Shown here: piece by piece, positions 47,526 to 56,096 of the stretch | Layout of the letters: each line of letters starts with the position of its first letter | Numbering within the stretch: the first letter of the stretch is position 1 | Assembly: GCA_029977605.1 (NCBI GenBank) | Contig: JAPOKN010000001.1 | Span: forward strand, 28,064-92,063 | DNA length: 64,000 nt | Reading direction: 5' to 3' | Source: Methanobacteriota archaeon | GTDB lineage: Archaea > Thermoplasmatota > Poseidoniia > MGIII > CG-Epi1 | Notes under the pieces: generated by a model | Databases searched by the model: none | What the model was told of the DNA's origin: nothing | What the model saw: only the letters and a program-made list of their open reading frames with translations | Program-made: the position numbers and the translations under genes

Positions 47526-49673
47526 ATGATGAAAAGCATAGGTTATTCATTAATTTTGCTTAGTTTTGCAATATTATTGATTTCAGTCCCAGCAGACGCT
47601 GAGAAATATGGTAATACCGAATTTTTCTTGGCTAAATCAGGAATTGGTGATATTTATGACTTGACTATCGATGAGCCTTCTGAAGCTACACCGAAGTATT
47701 GGAAATGTCGTGATGATCCAAATCAAGCCAATACATTCTATCCACTGGTTTCTTGGGAGACTAATATGGGTGGTCCATTAGAATTAGGTGACTCTTACAG
47801 CTATAGTTTTTGGGTAGAATCAACAAATGTTCAAGAAATTAGTTTTAAGACGACTTTATACATCCGAACTCAAGATGGCTTCAATAATTTATCAGTGGAT
47901 GAGGTAACTAAGACTTCGGGTTTTGGATCATTCTTATCTGAGAATTACACACTTGATTTGGAATCCTCCGATCTTGATAAAAGTTTATTTCCAGATGGAG
48001 TTCCAGCTTACACCACTTTAGGAATTAAATTGGAAACAAGCGTTACCTGGGCTCCAGATACTGAAAATCGAACAGTATGGGTTAAAGCAGCACAATCTGA
48101 TTTTCTTTCGTCTTTCATATTAGATTTTAAACACGTTAATATTGAAAGTGATGATTACTACTTTGATAACGACAGAGTTGAAGCCATAGATGAAGATTCA
48201 TTATTTATCAAAGTTAACGTGACTAATGCATTAGGTGCAGATAATTTTGATATTTCATCAGCAGAGATAATGGTTGATGGAATTAGTGGTGGAGGAAAAT
48301 TTAAGGATACAATACAATTAAAGGATAAACACACTTATGCTAAATATATTCAGGGGAAATGGTGGTATCAAGAGGATAATGGTATTACTTCTGGCAATTA
48401 TGTAATTAAGTTTTCATTGAAGGATAATTTCGGTAATACCTGGACATCATCTATGACGTATTATTTGGAAGTGGATCAGTATGGCCTAGAAATTGGGTTT
48501 GACGAAGGCAGTAGTTCAAACGGACAATTACCTAAAGGCGGAAAGACAGATTATTCATTTAAGATATTGAACACAGGTAATACTAGAGATATTTTTATGA
48601 TAACTATTGATGACTCAGATGTTCCTTCAGGCTGGGAAGTTAGTCTTCAATCTGATTCATCTGTTAATCTTCAAATGGATCAATCATCTTATGTTCAAAT
48701 TAGAGTAGAGGCTCCAGTTTCAGCAAAAGGAGGTTCATCTGAGAGAGTAACAATTACAGTAACCTCTTCAGGCAATGATGATATCTTTGAAGATGTTAGT
48801 TTAGTCACCACAGTAAGAACATATGGAGTAGCCTTCCTATCAGTTCCGGATAGAATTAATATAGATCCCGAAGAATTGGACATAGATGGATATTATAAAT
48901 TTAAAATAAATTTAAGGAATACAGGCAGTGATAAGGATACATTTGATTTAGGAGTAACAACTTCGAGGAGCGATTGGACAATACGTGCCGAAGTACAGGG
49001 AAATGATATTTCTGCAGTTACAATCGATAAATCTCAATCTGTCGCAGTAGACATTGTTGTTAGACCCGTCAACTATGAAGATAGTTTAGGTGAAGAAGTC
49101 ACATTCTTAATGACTGCAGATTCAATTTCTCCGGGAGACGGTTCAGCCACAGTCAACTCAAAAATTATAGTGGATGTTCCTGTAGAGAAAATATCGGACT
49201 TATCAGTAAGTCTAGATGATGTATTAATAAATAACAAACCAATTGCAATTTTACAACCGTCAGACCTCCAAGAAGGCATGCCAATAGTAATTCAATTGAC
49301 AGTTAACAATAATGGAGGAAAAAGTACAGGTATTTTTGGAGTAACACTTTACGAGGGCTCTAGAATTGTTGATGAGTTTGTTGTTGAGCAAGGGATAGGT
49401 GGTTTTGGTTCGGCACCAGTTATTCTAAACTGGGAAACTCCGTCAGAAGGTTTGAAGACCCTCAAAGTATATGTGGATTTTAAGCAGCAAACAGATGAAT
49501 CAAATAGTAAAAGGGCAGATAACACTTTGACTTTGCCACTTACAATAAGTGAGAAGAGCACTTCATCATCAAATAGTGAAAATACTGACGACGCTTTACT
49601 TTTCGGCCCTAATTTTTCATTAACGCTTGGTGTTTTATTATTTATTTCAATTATTTACAGACGTAAAAAATAG
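47526..49673 (+). CDS. secreted cell-surface protein with Ig-like (NEW3/CARDB-like) repeats and C-terminal anchor
   Basis: Signal peptide; repeated NTG..D.F motifs; ends S/T linker-GPNF-hydrophobic helix-RRKK. Confidence 0.75.
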   Translation: MMKSIGYSLILLSFAILLISVPADAEKYGNTEFFLAKSGIGDIYDLTIDEPSEATPKYWKCRDDPNQANTFYPLVSWETNMGGPLELGDSYSYSFWVESTNVQEISFKTTLYIRTQDGFNNLSVDEVTKTSGFGSFLSENYTLDLESSDLDKSLFPDGVPAYTTLGIKLETSVTWAPDTENRTVWVKAAQSDFLSSFILDFKHVNIESDDYYFDNDRVEAIDEDSLFIKVNVTNALGADNFDISSAEIMVDGISGGGKFKDTIQLKDKHTYAKYIQGKWWYQEDNGITSGNYVIKFSLKDNFGNTWTSSMTYYLEVDQYGLEIGFDEGSSSNGQLPKGGKTDYSFKILNTGNTRDIFMITIDDSDVPSGWEVSLQSDSSVNLQMDQSSYVQIRVEAPVSAKGGSSERVTITVTSSGNDDIFEDVSLVTTVRTYGVAFLSVPDRINIDPEELDIDGYYKFKINLRNTGSDKDTFDLGVTTSRSDWTIRAEVQGNDISAVTIDKSQSVAVDIVVRPVNYEDSLGEEVTFLMTADSISPGDGSATVNSKIIVDVPVEKISDLSVSLDDVLINNKPIAILQPSDLQEGMPIVIQLTVNNNGGKSTGIFGVTLYEGSRIVDEFVVEQGIGGFGSAPVILNWETPSEGLKTLKVYVDFKQQTDESNSKRADNTLTLPLTISEKSTSSSNSENTDDALLFGPNFSLTLGVLLFISIIYRRKK

Positions 49674-49751
49674 ATTTTTTGATTTAACAAGATTTTATAT
49701 CAAGCCTATTTTAGAGGTTAATCCGGAGCCTGATATATTCTAGTATTACGT

Positions 49752-49829
49752 AGCGGGGTGGGGTAGCTAGGAAATCCCGTCGGGCTCATAACCCGGAGAT
49801 CGATGGTTCAAATCCATCCCCCGCTACCA
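49752..49829 (+). tRNA. tRNA-iMet (CAT), CCA encoded
   Basis: AGCGGGG/CCCCGCT acceptor with A1:U72; GGG/CCC anticodon stem around CTCATAA; GTTCAAATC T-loop; 3' ACCA. Confidence 0.95.
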
Positions 49830-49857
49830 TTTTATTAACAAACTCTTTTGGAAGGTA

Positions 49858-50271
49858 TTGAGGAAAAACTTTGAACACACAGCAGATATCGGGATTGAGA
49901 TTGAATCTCCGACCCTTTCAGAGGCTTTTGAAGAAGTTTCACTTAGTTTTTCAGAAATAATTACGGGCGGTAGTCTACCTGAAGTTTCAATATCCAAAGA
50001 AGTTTCTTTGAAGTCTGATAACTTTGATTCTCTTTTAGTTGATTTTTTGTCTTATTTGGTTGTATTGTTTGATACTGACGATTTTATACCAGGTTCGGCA
50101 AAATTGGAAATTTCAAAAAAAAATGGTTTCCAATTAGATGGAAAGCTAGCAGGTGAAACCTACAATCAGGATAAACATGGTTATGGTGTTGAAATTAAGG
50201 CCATATCCTATCATCAATTGTTAGTACAAGAAGGCCCTCCTGCACACCTAAGAGTAATTTTAGACCTTTAG
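49858..50271 (+). CDS. archease
   Basis: FEHTADIG, LLVDFLSYL, EIKAISYH, VILDL. Confidence 0.93.
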   Translation: MRKNFEHTADIGIEIESPTLSEAFEEVSLSFSEIITGGSLPEVSISKEVSLKSDNFDSLLVDFLSYLVVLFDTDDFIPGSAKLEISKKNGFQLDGKLAGETYNQDKHGYGVEIKAISYHQLLVQEGPPAHLRVILDL

Positions 50272-50304
50272 TAAAGTCTAAATCTATAGGTTTATTAATT
50301 ACAT

Positions 50305-50886
50305 ATGGTTGAACCGGCTAAGGCTTACTTTAATGGTAAAAAAGTTAAGCCAATTTGGAGTGAAGGGAGGTTTAGTTTTGAAGATAAAAATACTAAATTC
50401 ACCTTTTCTAAATCGTCCAAAAAGCAGTTATTTTGGGATATGGGTGGAATAATCAAGAATAGACCATCGATTTACACCCTCCCCTCAAATCCAGAAAATG
50501 AGATTTTTGTGGACTCAGGTCTTATCTGGGGTGAAGATATAATAGATTTGATTTTAGCAGATAGAGGGAAAGTAGTTTTACCTTTGAGAAATTTGCAGGG
50601 ATTCAATGAGTTAGATGATGCTTTGAATTTTGCAGATGATATAGCTATTGGAATTGATTGGTCTGATAAAATTGAAGCGTCACACAGTGATTTCAGAATA
50701 GATATAGTTGATTTGTTGCACCAGCTAATTAAAAGAAACCAGCTTTCAATCATGGTTTATAGTTTATTAGGAGATTATCCTTACATTCCAGCAGGTACTT
50801 CCTCTAACTTAGAGATTTACTTAGCCTATTTATCTAATAATAGCACACAACCTTCATGGGCTAGTGAGGTTTTCATCTTTGAATAG
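50305..50886 (+). CDS. hypothetical protein, weakly HisA/HisF TIM-barrel-like
   Basis: IFVDSGL..EDIIDLILAD..KVVL..IGIDW resembles a HisA-like segment. Confidence 0.4.
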   Translation: MVEPAKAYFNGKKVKPIWSEGRFSFEDKNTKFTFSKSSKKQLFWDMGGIIKNRPSIYTLPSNPENEIFVDSGLIWGEDIIDLILADRGKVVLPLRNLQGFNELDDALNFADDIAIGIDWSDKIEASHSDFRIDIVDLLHQLIKRNQLSIMVYSLLGDYPYIPAGTSSNLEIYLAYLSNNSTQPSWASEVFIFE

Positions 50887-50892
50887 ATAGTT

Positions 50893-52188
50893 ATGTTGCA
50901 CATAGGAATAGATGATACAGATTCGCTAGACGGAGGTTGTACCACTTGGTTGATTACGGAGATCATATCAGAATTATCAGATTTGGACTTAATAGCACCA
51001 CCTAGGCTTGTGAGATTGAATCCAAATGTACCTTGGAAAACAAGAGGCAATGGAGCTCTTGCTCTTGTGTTTGGTGAAGGCATTGGCTCCAAAGAAAAGA
51101 TAGGGAGTTTAGAAAATTCTGAAATTAGCATATATCCCAACTATAAAGACAGAAAATTTGATAAAAAAGATATTCTTGAAAGAGTAGTTAATATTGTTAA
51201 AGCCAACTCTAAGGAGGACTCACAACCAGGTATTGTAATATCTGATACTTATTTGCCAGAGGGCCTCTATTGGCAAGGTGTAAGAAGCATAGTTCTTCAG
51301 GAAGATTTAGATCCTATTCTTTCTAATTGTGTAACTTTTGGCATGAGAGGTTCTAGAGGATTAATCGGTGCTGCATGTGCGTTGGCCTGGTCTGGATATC
51401 ATAGTAAAGTAGGAGAATTAAATTTTACCTGGGAATTAATTGGGTATAGAGAAAAATCGACATGGGGGACTTTGCGAGATATTTCTTCTGAGTCCGTTTC
51501 TAAAGTTTCCGAACTTAAGGATGTGTTTTCATGTAATGATCAGGGAGGTAAAGTAGCGATGGTTCCTAATTCACCTTGTCCTGTTTTATGGGGTTTTAGG
51601 GGTACAAATGATAAGGTTCTTCTCGATAATTTCCATAAATTAGGGCCTGAGAAACCTTCTAGATGGTTATTGTATCAAACAAACCAAGCGACTGACGATC
51701 ATTTTTGTATTTCAGATATATTAGAGCTCACAGCTTTTACTTCAGTTTGGGTAGATGTTAGCATTTCTTCTAAAGCTGAAATCATAAAAGGAGGTCATCG
51801 TTTTTTCAGAGTAAAAGATTCAGATGGAAATGAAGTAAAATGCGCAGTTTTTGAACCTTCTAAAAACTTAAGAGCAGTTGTGGACAAATTAGAAGTGGGT
51901 GATGAAATAACAGTTTGTGGAAGTGTCAGCGAAAGTACAGTTAATATTGAAAAATTAAAAATTATAAATTTAGTACCTCGTTACTCTAAGCCTCCAAATC
52001 CCATTTGTATTTGTGGTAAGCGTACACATTCTTCTGGTAAAAATTCCAAATACAGATGTAAGAGTTGCGGTAAAAAATACGATCGTCCTTCTTTGATTCC
52101 TAAGTCACCTAATTTAGATTTAAATTGGTTTGAACCTCCAGCATCTTCACGAAGACACCTCACAAAGCCTATAGATTTAATGCGGTAA
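50893..52188 (+). CDS. tiaS: tRNA(Ile2) agmatinylcytidine synthetase
   Basis: IGIDDTDS..GGCTT, LVRLNPNVPWKTRGNGA, TNQATDDH, OB fold, C-terminal zinc ribbon, RRHLTKP. Confidence 0.95.
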   Translation: MLHIGIDDTDSLDGGCTTWLITEIISELSDLDLIAPPRLVRLNPNVPWKTRGNGALALVFGEGIGSKEKIGSLENSEISIYPNYKDRKFDKKDILERVVNIVKANSKEDSQPGIVISDTYLPEGLYWQGVRSIVLQEDLDPILSNCVTFGMRGSRGLIGAACALAWSGYHSKVGELNFTWELIGYREKSTWGTLRDISSESVSKVSELKDVFSCNDQGGKVAMVPNSPCPVLWGFRGTNDKVLLDNFHKLGPEKPSRWLLYQTNQATDDHFCISDILELTAFTSVWVDVSISSKAEIIKGGHRFFRVKDSDGNEVKCAVFEPSKNLRAVVDKLEVGDEITVCGSVSESTVNIEKLKIINLVPRYSKPPNPICICGKRTHSSGKNSKYRCKSCGKKYDRPSLIPKSPNLDLNWFEPPASSRRHLTKPIDLMR

Positions 52189-52218
52189 AATGATTAAGAC
52201 CACGATTCATGGACATAT

Positions 52219-53115
52219 GTGTCAGTAATCAGTTTAGGGATTAAAAAAAGTCTTCAGCTTCCTTATTTGGCACTCCTAATTGGGATGTTTGCAATATCTA
52301 CTTCAGCTATTTTAATTAGATATAGCGATAGTGAACCGCTAGTAATAGGAGCATATCGCCAAGCATTTGCAACATTGATTTTTTTACCGCTTATTTTGAA
52401 GGATAGGGCGGCTGAAATTCGTTCTCAATCTTATACCACTATATTTGAAATGATATTTACAGGAGTATTGTTAGGAGCTCATTTTAGTTTTTTTATCACT
52501 TCAGTTAAAGAAACGTCTGTGGCCGCTTCAGTTCTTCTAGCAACTTGTCATGTTGTTTATGTGGCAGTACTAGGTTGGATTTTTTTTGGAGAAAGCCTAA
52601 GCAGGAAAGCGATTATGGGGACTTTAGTTTCTCTTGGTGGTATTTTTATTTTATTTGGAGGAGATATAATTGATAATCCCGGTAATTTTATGGGTAATAT
52701 TTTTGCATTTATCTCAGGAATTCTTGCAGGATTATATTATTTAAGTGGTAGGAAATTGCGAAAGATAGTAAGTTTACCAACTTACGCCTTCATCGTTTAT
52801 TTATTTAGTTTTATTTCTATGTTTATTATTGTCCTAATTCAGAATTTAAATTATGTAAATTTACCTATTTATGAAATTCAATTATTTTTGCTAATGGCTT
52901 TGATTCCTACTTTGTTAGGTCACACTATGCAAAATTGGGCAATAGGTTACTTGCCGGCCTATGTAGTTTCAATATCACTATTGGCTGAGCCAGTTGGTTC
53001 AGGTTTACTTGCTTGGCTATTTTTTCAAGAAGTACCAAGTTTTGGTGTAATCTTAGGTGGTTTAATTGTAATTTCGGGCCTTTACCTAGTAATACTTGCA
53101 GAAGAATCAAATTAA
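52219..53115 (+). CDS. DMT/EamA family transporter
   Basis: About 10 TMs; TSVAASVLL, PTLLGH, LAEPVG. Confidence 0.88.
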   Translation: MSVISLGIKKSLQLPYLALLIGMFAISTSAILIRYSDSEPLVIGAYRQAFATLIFLPLILKDRAAEIRSQSYTTIFEMIFTGVLLGAHFSFFITSVKETSVAASVLLATCHVVYVAVLGWIFFGESLSRKAIMGTLVSLGGIFILFGGDIIDNPGNFMGNIFAFISGILAGLYYLSGRKLRKIVSLPTYAFIVYLFSFISMFIIVLIQNLNYVNLPIYEIQLFLLMALIPTLLGHTMQNWAIGYLPAYVVSISLLAEPVGSGLLAWLFFQEVPSFGVILGGLIVISGLYLVILAEESN

Positions 53116-53273
53116 CTTTTATTTTCTATAATTTTTTTCCTTTTGTTTCTTTCTCTAAGTTCGCCTAGTATTTTTGCGGCTATCTCTAATTCCTCTCCAC
53201 CGCTTGCCTTTGCTAAAGCTTCTTTAGCCTCATTTTTCTTTTTTTTTCTAATTATTTTCCTTATTTTTGGCAT
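53112..53273 (-). CDS. small Lys/Arg-rich hypothetical protein (53 aa, not in the ORF track)
   Basis: Read by hand: MPKIRKIIRKKKKNEAKEALAKASGGEELEIAAKILGELRERNKRKKIIENKS*; fills an otherwise empty gap. Confidence 0.5.
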   Translation of the reverse strand: MPKIRKIIRKKKKNEAKEALAKASGGEELEIAAKILGELRERNKRKKIIENKS

Positions 53274-53348
53274 CTTCTTTTAACTAGAATAAAAGCGTAA
53301 ATAAATATGAATCGCTTAATATGAAAATATTTTAACTACCCTTGACTT

Positions 53349-54236
53349 GTGCAAGTTATGTCAGGTATTACTTTACTCAGAGGCGAAGAATTAAAAATGC
53401 AACTTAAGCCTCATATGTTTTCGTTTTTCCATTTATATTTAACATTTTTTCTTTTATTAATTTGGTCATATGTAATTTACGATTTTTTTAATTCAGATAA
53501 GTTTTCAGATTTTCCCTTTTACGATAATATAGAAGCATTATTACAAGATAGTGAAGTTTTGGCAGGTACAATCATTTGGTCATTCGGTCTTTTTTTAGTT
53601 GGATTTATAGCACGTTATTTTTTCCTTGATTCAGGAGGTCAAGGTATTTTCCGTTTGTATTCAGGAGTTGCACTTTTTGGTATTGTAGTAATGGCTTATC
53701 ATGGATATAGTGATATGGCAGACACAATGGGCTTCGGGCGCTGGTTTATTCCTGGATTAACTACAGTGGTAGGTCTTGTTGGTTTGTTCTCAGTAGATTT
53801 TTACAGGAGATCATTTACTTACTACCTAACAGATAATCGTATTGTGCTCCAGAGTAGCTTCTTAATGAATAGAAGCGAGCGCCAAGTACGTTATAATCAC
53901 ATAGAAGATATAAAAATGGAACAAGGCATTTTTGGAACTATATTCGGATATGGGACAGTTTTACCTTTAACAGGTTCAGGATTAGGCACAGGTACAGATG
54001 AATCAATGGTTGTAGGAGGCACAGGAACAGAAGTTAAAGGAATGAGCTTGGGAATAGGTGGTGCGGCACGTAATTCGTCTAGAAGTGTTCGGCATAATCC
54101 ACATGATTGTTTATTTGGAGTATCTTCTCCTTCCAAGGTTAGAGATATGATTACTGAGAATATTCAATCAGACACTGGAGTAGAACACCTTAAGCAGATA
54201 AAAGAATTATTAGGGAAAGAGGAATCTGAAGAATAG
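53349..54236 (+). CDS. membrane protein with bacterial PH (bPH_2)-like domain
   Basis: TM helices then YYLTDNRIV...Y.HIEDI..EQGIFG.IFGYGTV. Confidence 0.75.
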   Translation: MQVMSGITLLRGEELKMQLKPHMFSFFHLYLTFFLLLIWSYVIYDFFNSDKFSDFPFYDNIEALLQDSEVLAGTIIWSFGLFLVGFIARYFFLDSGGQGIFRLYSGVALFGIVVMAYHGYSDMADTMGFGRWFIPGLTTVVGLVGLFSVDFYRRSFTYYLTDNRIVLQSSFLMNRSERQVRYNHIEDIKMEQGIFGTIFGYGTVLPLTGSGLGTGTDESMVVGGTGTEVKGMSLGIGGAARNSSRSVRHNPHDCLFGVSSPSKVRDMITENIQSDTGVEHLKQIKELLGKEESEE

Positions 54237-54237
54237 T

Positions 54238-54672
54238 TTACTCTTGGCGTACTACCGTTTTTGATTCTTTAAACATATTTAGGGACATATCGAAATCAGT
54301 TTCCCATCTGTCTGGAATTTCTACTTCCTTAGGATATACAATCTCAGACACTCCAGCTTGAATTAGTGATCTAGCACATCTAGTGCAGGGCGGCCAAGTT
54401 ACATACGCTATACAGTTCTTCAGTGATATTCCAGTTCTTGCAGCATGCATAATTGCATTTTCTTCAGCATGGCATATCATTGGATATTTTATCTCACGGT
54501 TGTTTAATCTTTCATCAGTGTCGTCAATACCTCTTGGCAGTCCATTAAATCCAGTACTTCGAATTTCTCTATCAGGACCAACAACCACACATCCGACTTG
54601 AGTTGATGGATCTTTACTCCAAGTAGAGATTTGTTTTGCTAGTTCCAAAAATCTACGGTCCCATTTACTCAT
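54238..54672 (-). CDS. dCMP deaminase family protein
   Basis: SKDPSTQVG, TGFNG, HAEENAI, PCTRC. Confidence 0.92.
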   Translation of the reverse strand: MSKWDRRFLELAKQISTWSKDPSTQVGCVVVGPDREIRSTGFNGLPRGIDDTDERLNNREIKYPMICHAEENAIMHAARTGISLKNCIAYVTWPPCTRCARSLIQAGVSEIVYPKEVEIPDRWETDFDMSLNMFKESKTVVRQE

Positions 54673-54709
54673 ACTATGCATTCTGCAAAGCTCGCAATAT
54701 AGCTATCTA

Positions 54710-55324
54710 CTATGATACAGTTTCACATATTTCACAATTACATTTCTTTTTTCTAGCCTGACAATATTCTCTTCCGTAGAAAATCATTTGTAAATGAAGC
54801 TTATTCCACAGTTTCTTATCAAATTTTCGTTTGAGATCTTTTTCTGTAGTTTCTACATTTTTTCCCTTTGATAATTTCCATCTGAATGCTAGTCTGTGAA
54901 TATGTGTATCAACAGGAAAAGCAGGTTGCCCAAAAGCTTGTGACATCATTACTGATGCAGTCTTATGCCCTACTCCTGGCAATTCTTCCAATTCTTCGAA
55001 TGTATCAGGCACTTTACCATTGTGTTTTTCAATTAATAGTCGAGAAGTTTTTTTGATATTTTTTGCTTTAGTGGGAGCTAAGCCAATTTCTCTAATGTAA
55101 TCTCTTATTTCATTTATTTCTAGTCTATCCATCTTTTCAGGAGTATTCGCTTTAGAAAATAGTTTGGGAGTAATTTCGTTTACTTTTTTATCAGTACTCT
55201 GAGCACTAAGCATTACTGCGACTAAAAATGTAAAATTATTTTCGTGGTCGAGCGGAATTTCAGGATTAGGATAAAGTTCTTCCAACTTGGAAGCAATGTA
55301 TTCAACCTTCTGTTTTAATCTCAA
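54710..55324 (-). CDS. nth: endonuclease III
   Basis: LVAVMLSAQSTD, LPGVGHKTA HhH, PVDTH. Confidence 0.93.
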   Translation of the reverse strand: MRLKQKVEYIASKLEELYPNPEIPLDHENNFTFLVAVMLSAQSTDKKVNEITPKLFSKANTPEKMDRLEINEIRDYIREIGLAPTKAKNIKKTSRLLIEKHNGKVPDTFEELEELPGVGHKTASVMMSQAFGQPAFPVDTHIHRLAFRWKLSKGKNVETTEKDLKRKFDKKLWNKLHLQMIFYGREYCQARKKKCNCEICETVS

Positions 55325-56094
55325 TTTCCTTTAAACTCGGGCTTTCTTTTATCAATGAATGCTTTGATTCCTTCTTTGCCGTCATTTGATTTGAAGCATT
55401 CAACAAATAACTCTTGTTCTTCTTTTAAACCTTTTTTTAGTGATGTATTTGCAGCCAATTTTATGCATTTTTTCGCTCTCTTAATTGCAAAAGGAGATTT
55501 TTCTGCAATTTGATTAGCAAGTTCCATAGTAACTTCTTCTAATTTTTCTTCATCAGTTACCATATTTACCAATCCCCAGTCCTCAGCCTTTTTAGCTGAA
55601 ATCATATTTCCGGTTAAGATTAGTTCCATAGATCTTCCCTCACCAATAAGTCTTGTCAGTCTTTGTGTTCCTCCTGCGCCAGGAATTATTCCAATATTTA
55701 TTTCAGGTTGTCCTAATTTAGAATTATTGCTTGCAGTTCTAAGGTCACATGCCATTGCAATTTCTAGCCCTCCTCCAAGACAAAATCCATTAATCATAGC
55801 AATTACAGGCTTACTTGAATTAGATATTACATCTGTAACTCTCCAGTCGTTTTTCATAGCCTTTCTATCTTTTATTTCCATTTTTGAAAATTCTTTTATG
55901 TCTGCGCCAGCGATAAATGCTTTACCTGGAGATCCTGTTAAGATAGAGATATTTACATCATCATCTAAATCTAATTCTTCAAATGCAATTGCAAGTTCTT
56001 TTCTAGTTTCGGAATTCATACTATTAAGTTCATTTGGTCTATTAACAGTCACAATTCCAATACGATTTCTTTTTTCAACGATAATATTTTTCAT
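55321..56094 (-). CDS. enoyl-CoA hydratase/crotonase
   Basis: FIAGADI, GGGLEIAMACD, GQPEINIGIIPGAGGTQRL; ATG 56094 likely. Confidence 0.93.
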   Translation of the reverse strand: MKNIIVEKRNRIGIVTVNRPNELNSMNSETRKELAIAFEELDLDDDVNISILTGSPGKAFIAGADIKEFSKMEIKDRKAMKNDWRVTDVISNSSKPVIAMINGFCLGGGLEIAMACDLRTASNNSKLGQPEINIGIIPGAGGTQRLTRLIGEGRSMELILTGNMISAKKAEDWGLVNMVTDEEKLEEVTMELANQIAEKSPFAIKRAKKCIKLAANTSLKKGLKEEQELFVECFKSNDGKEGIKAFIDKRKPEFKGN

Positions 56095-56096
56095 TT

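Noticed and set aside
49752-49829. CAT-anticodon tRNA near tiaS as tRNA-Ile2, the TiaS substrate
   Set aside because: The A1:U72 pair and three consecutive G:C anticodon-stem pairs mark it as initiator tRNA-Met.
49674-49860. Integrative element at the tRNA
   Set aside because: No integrase and no duplicated tRNA 3' end noticed; housekeeping genes follow directly.
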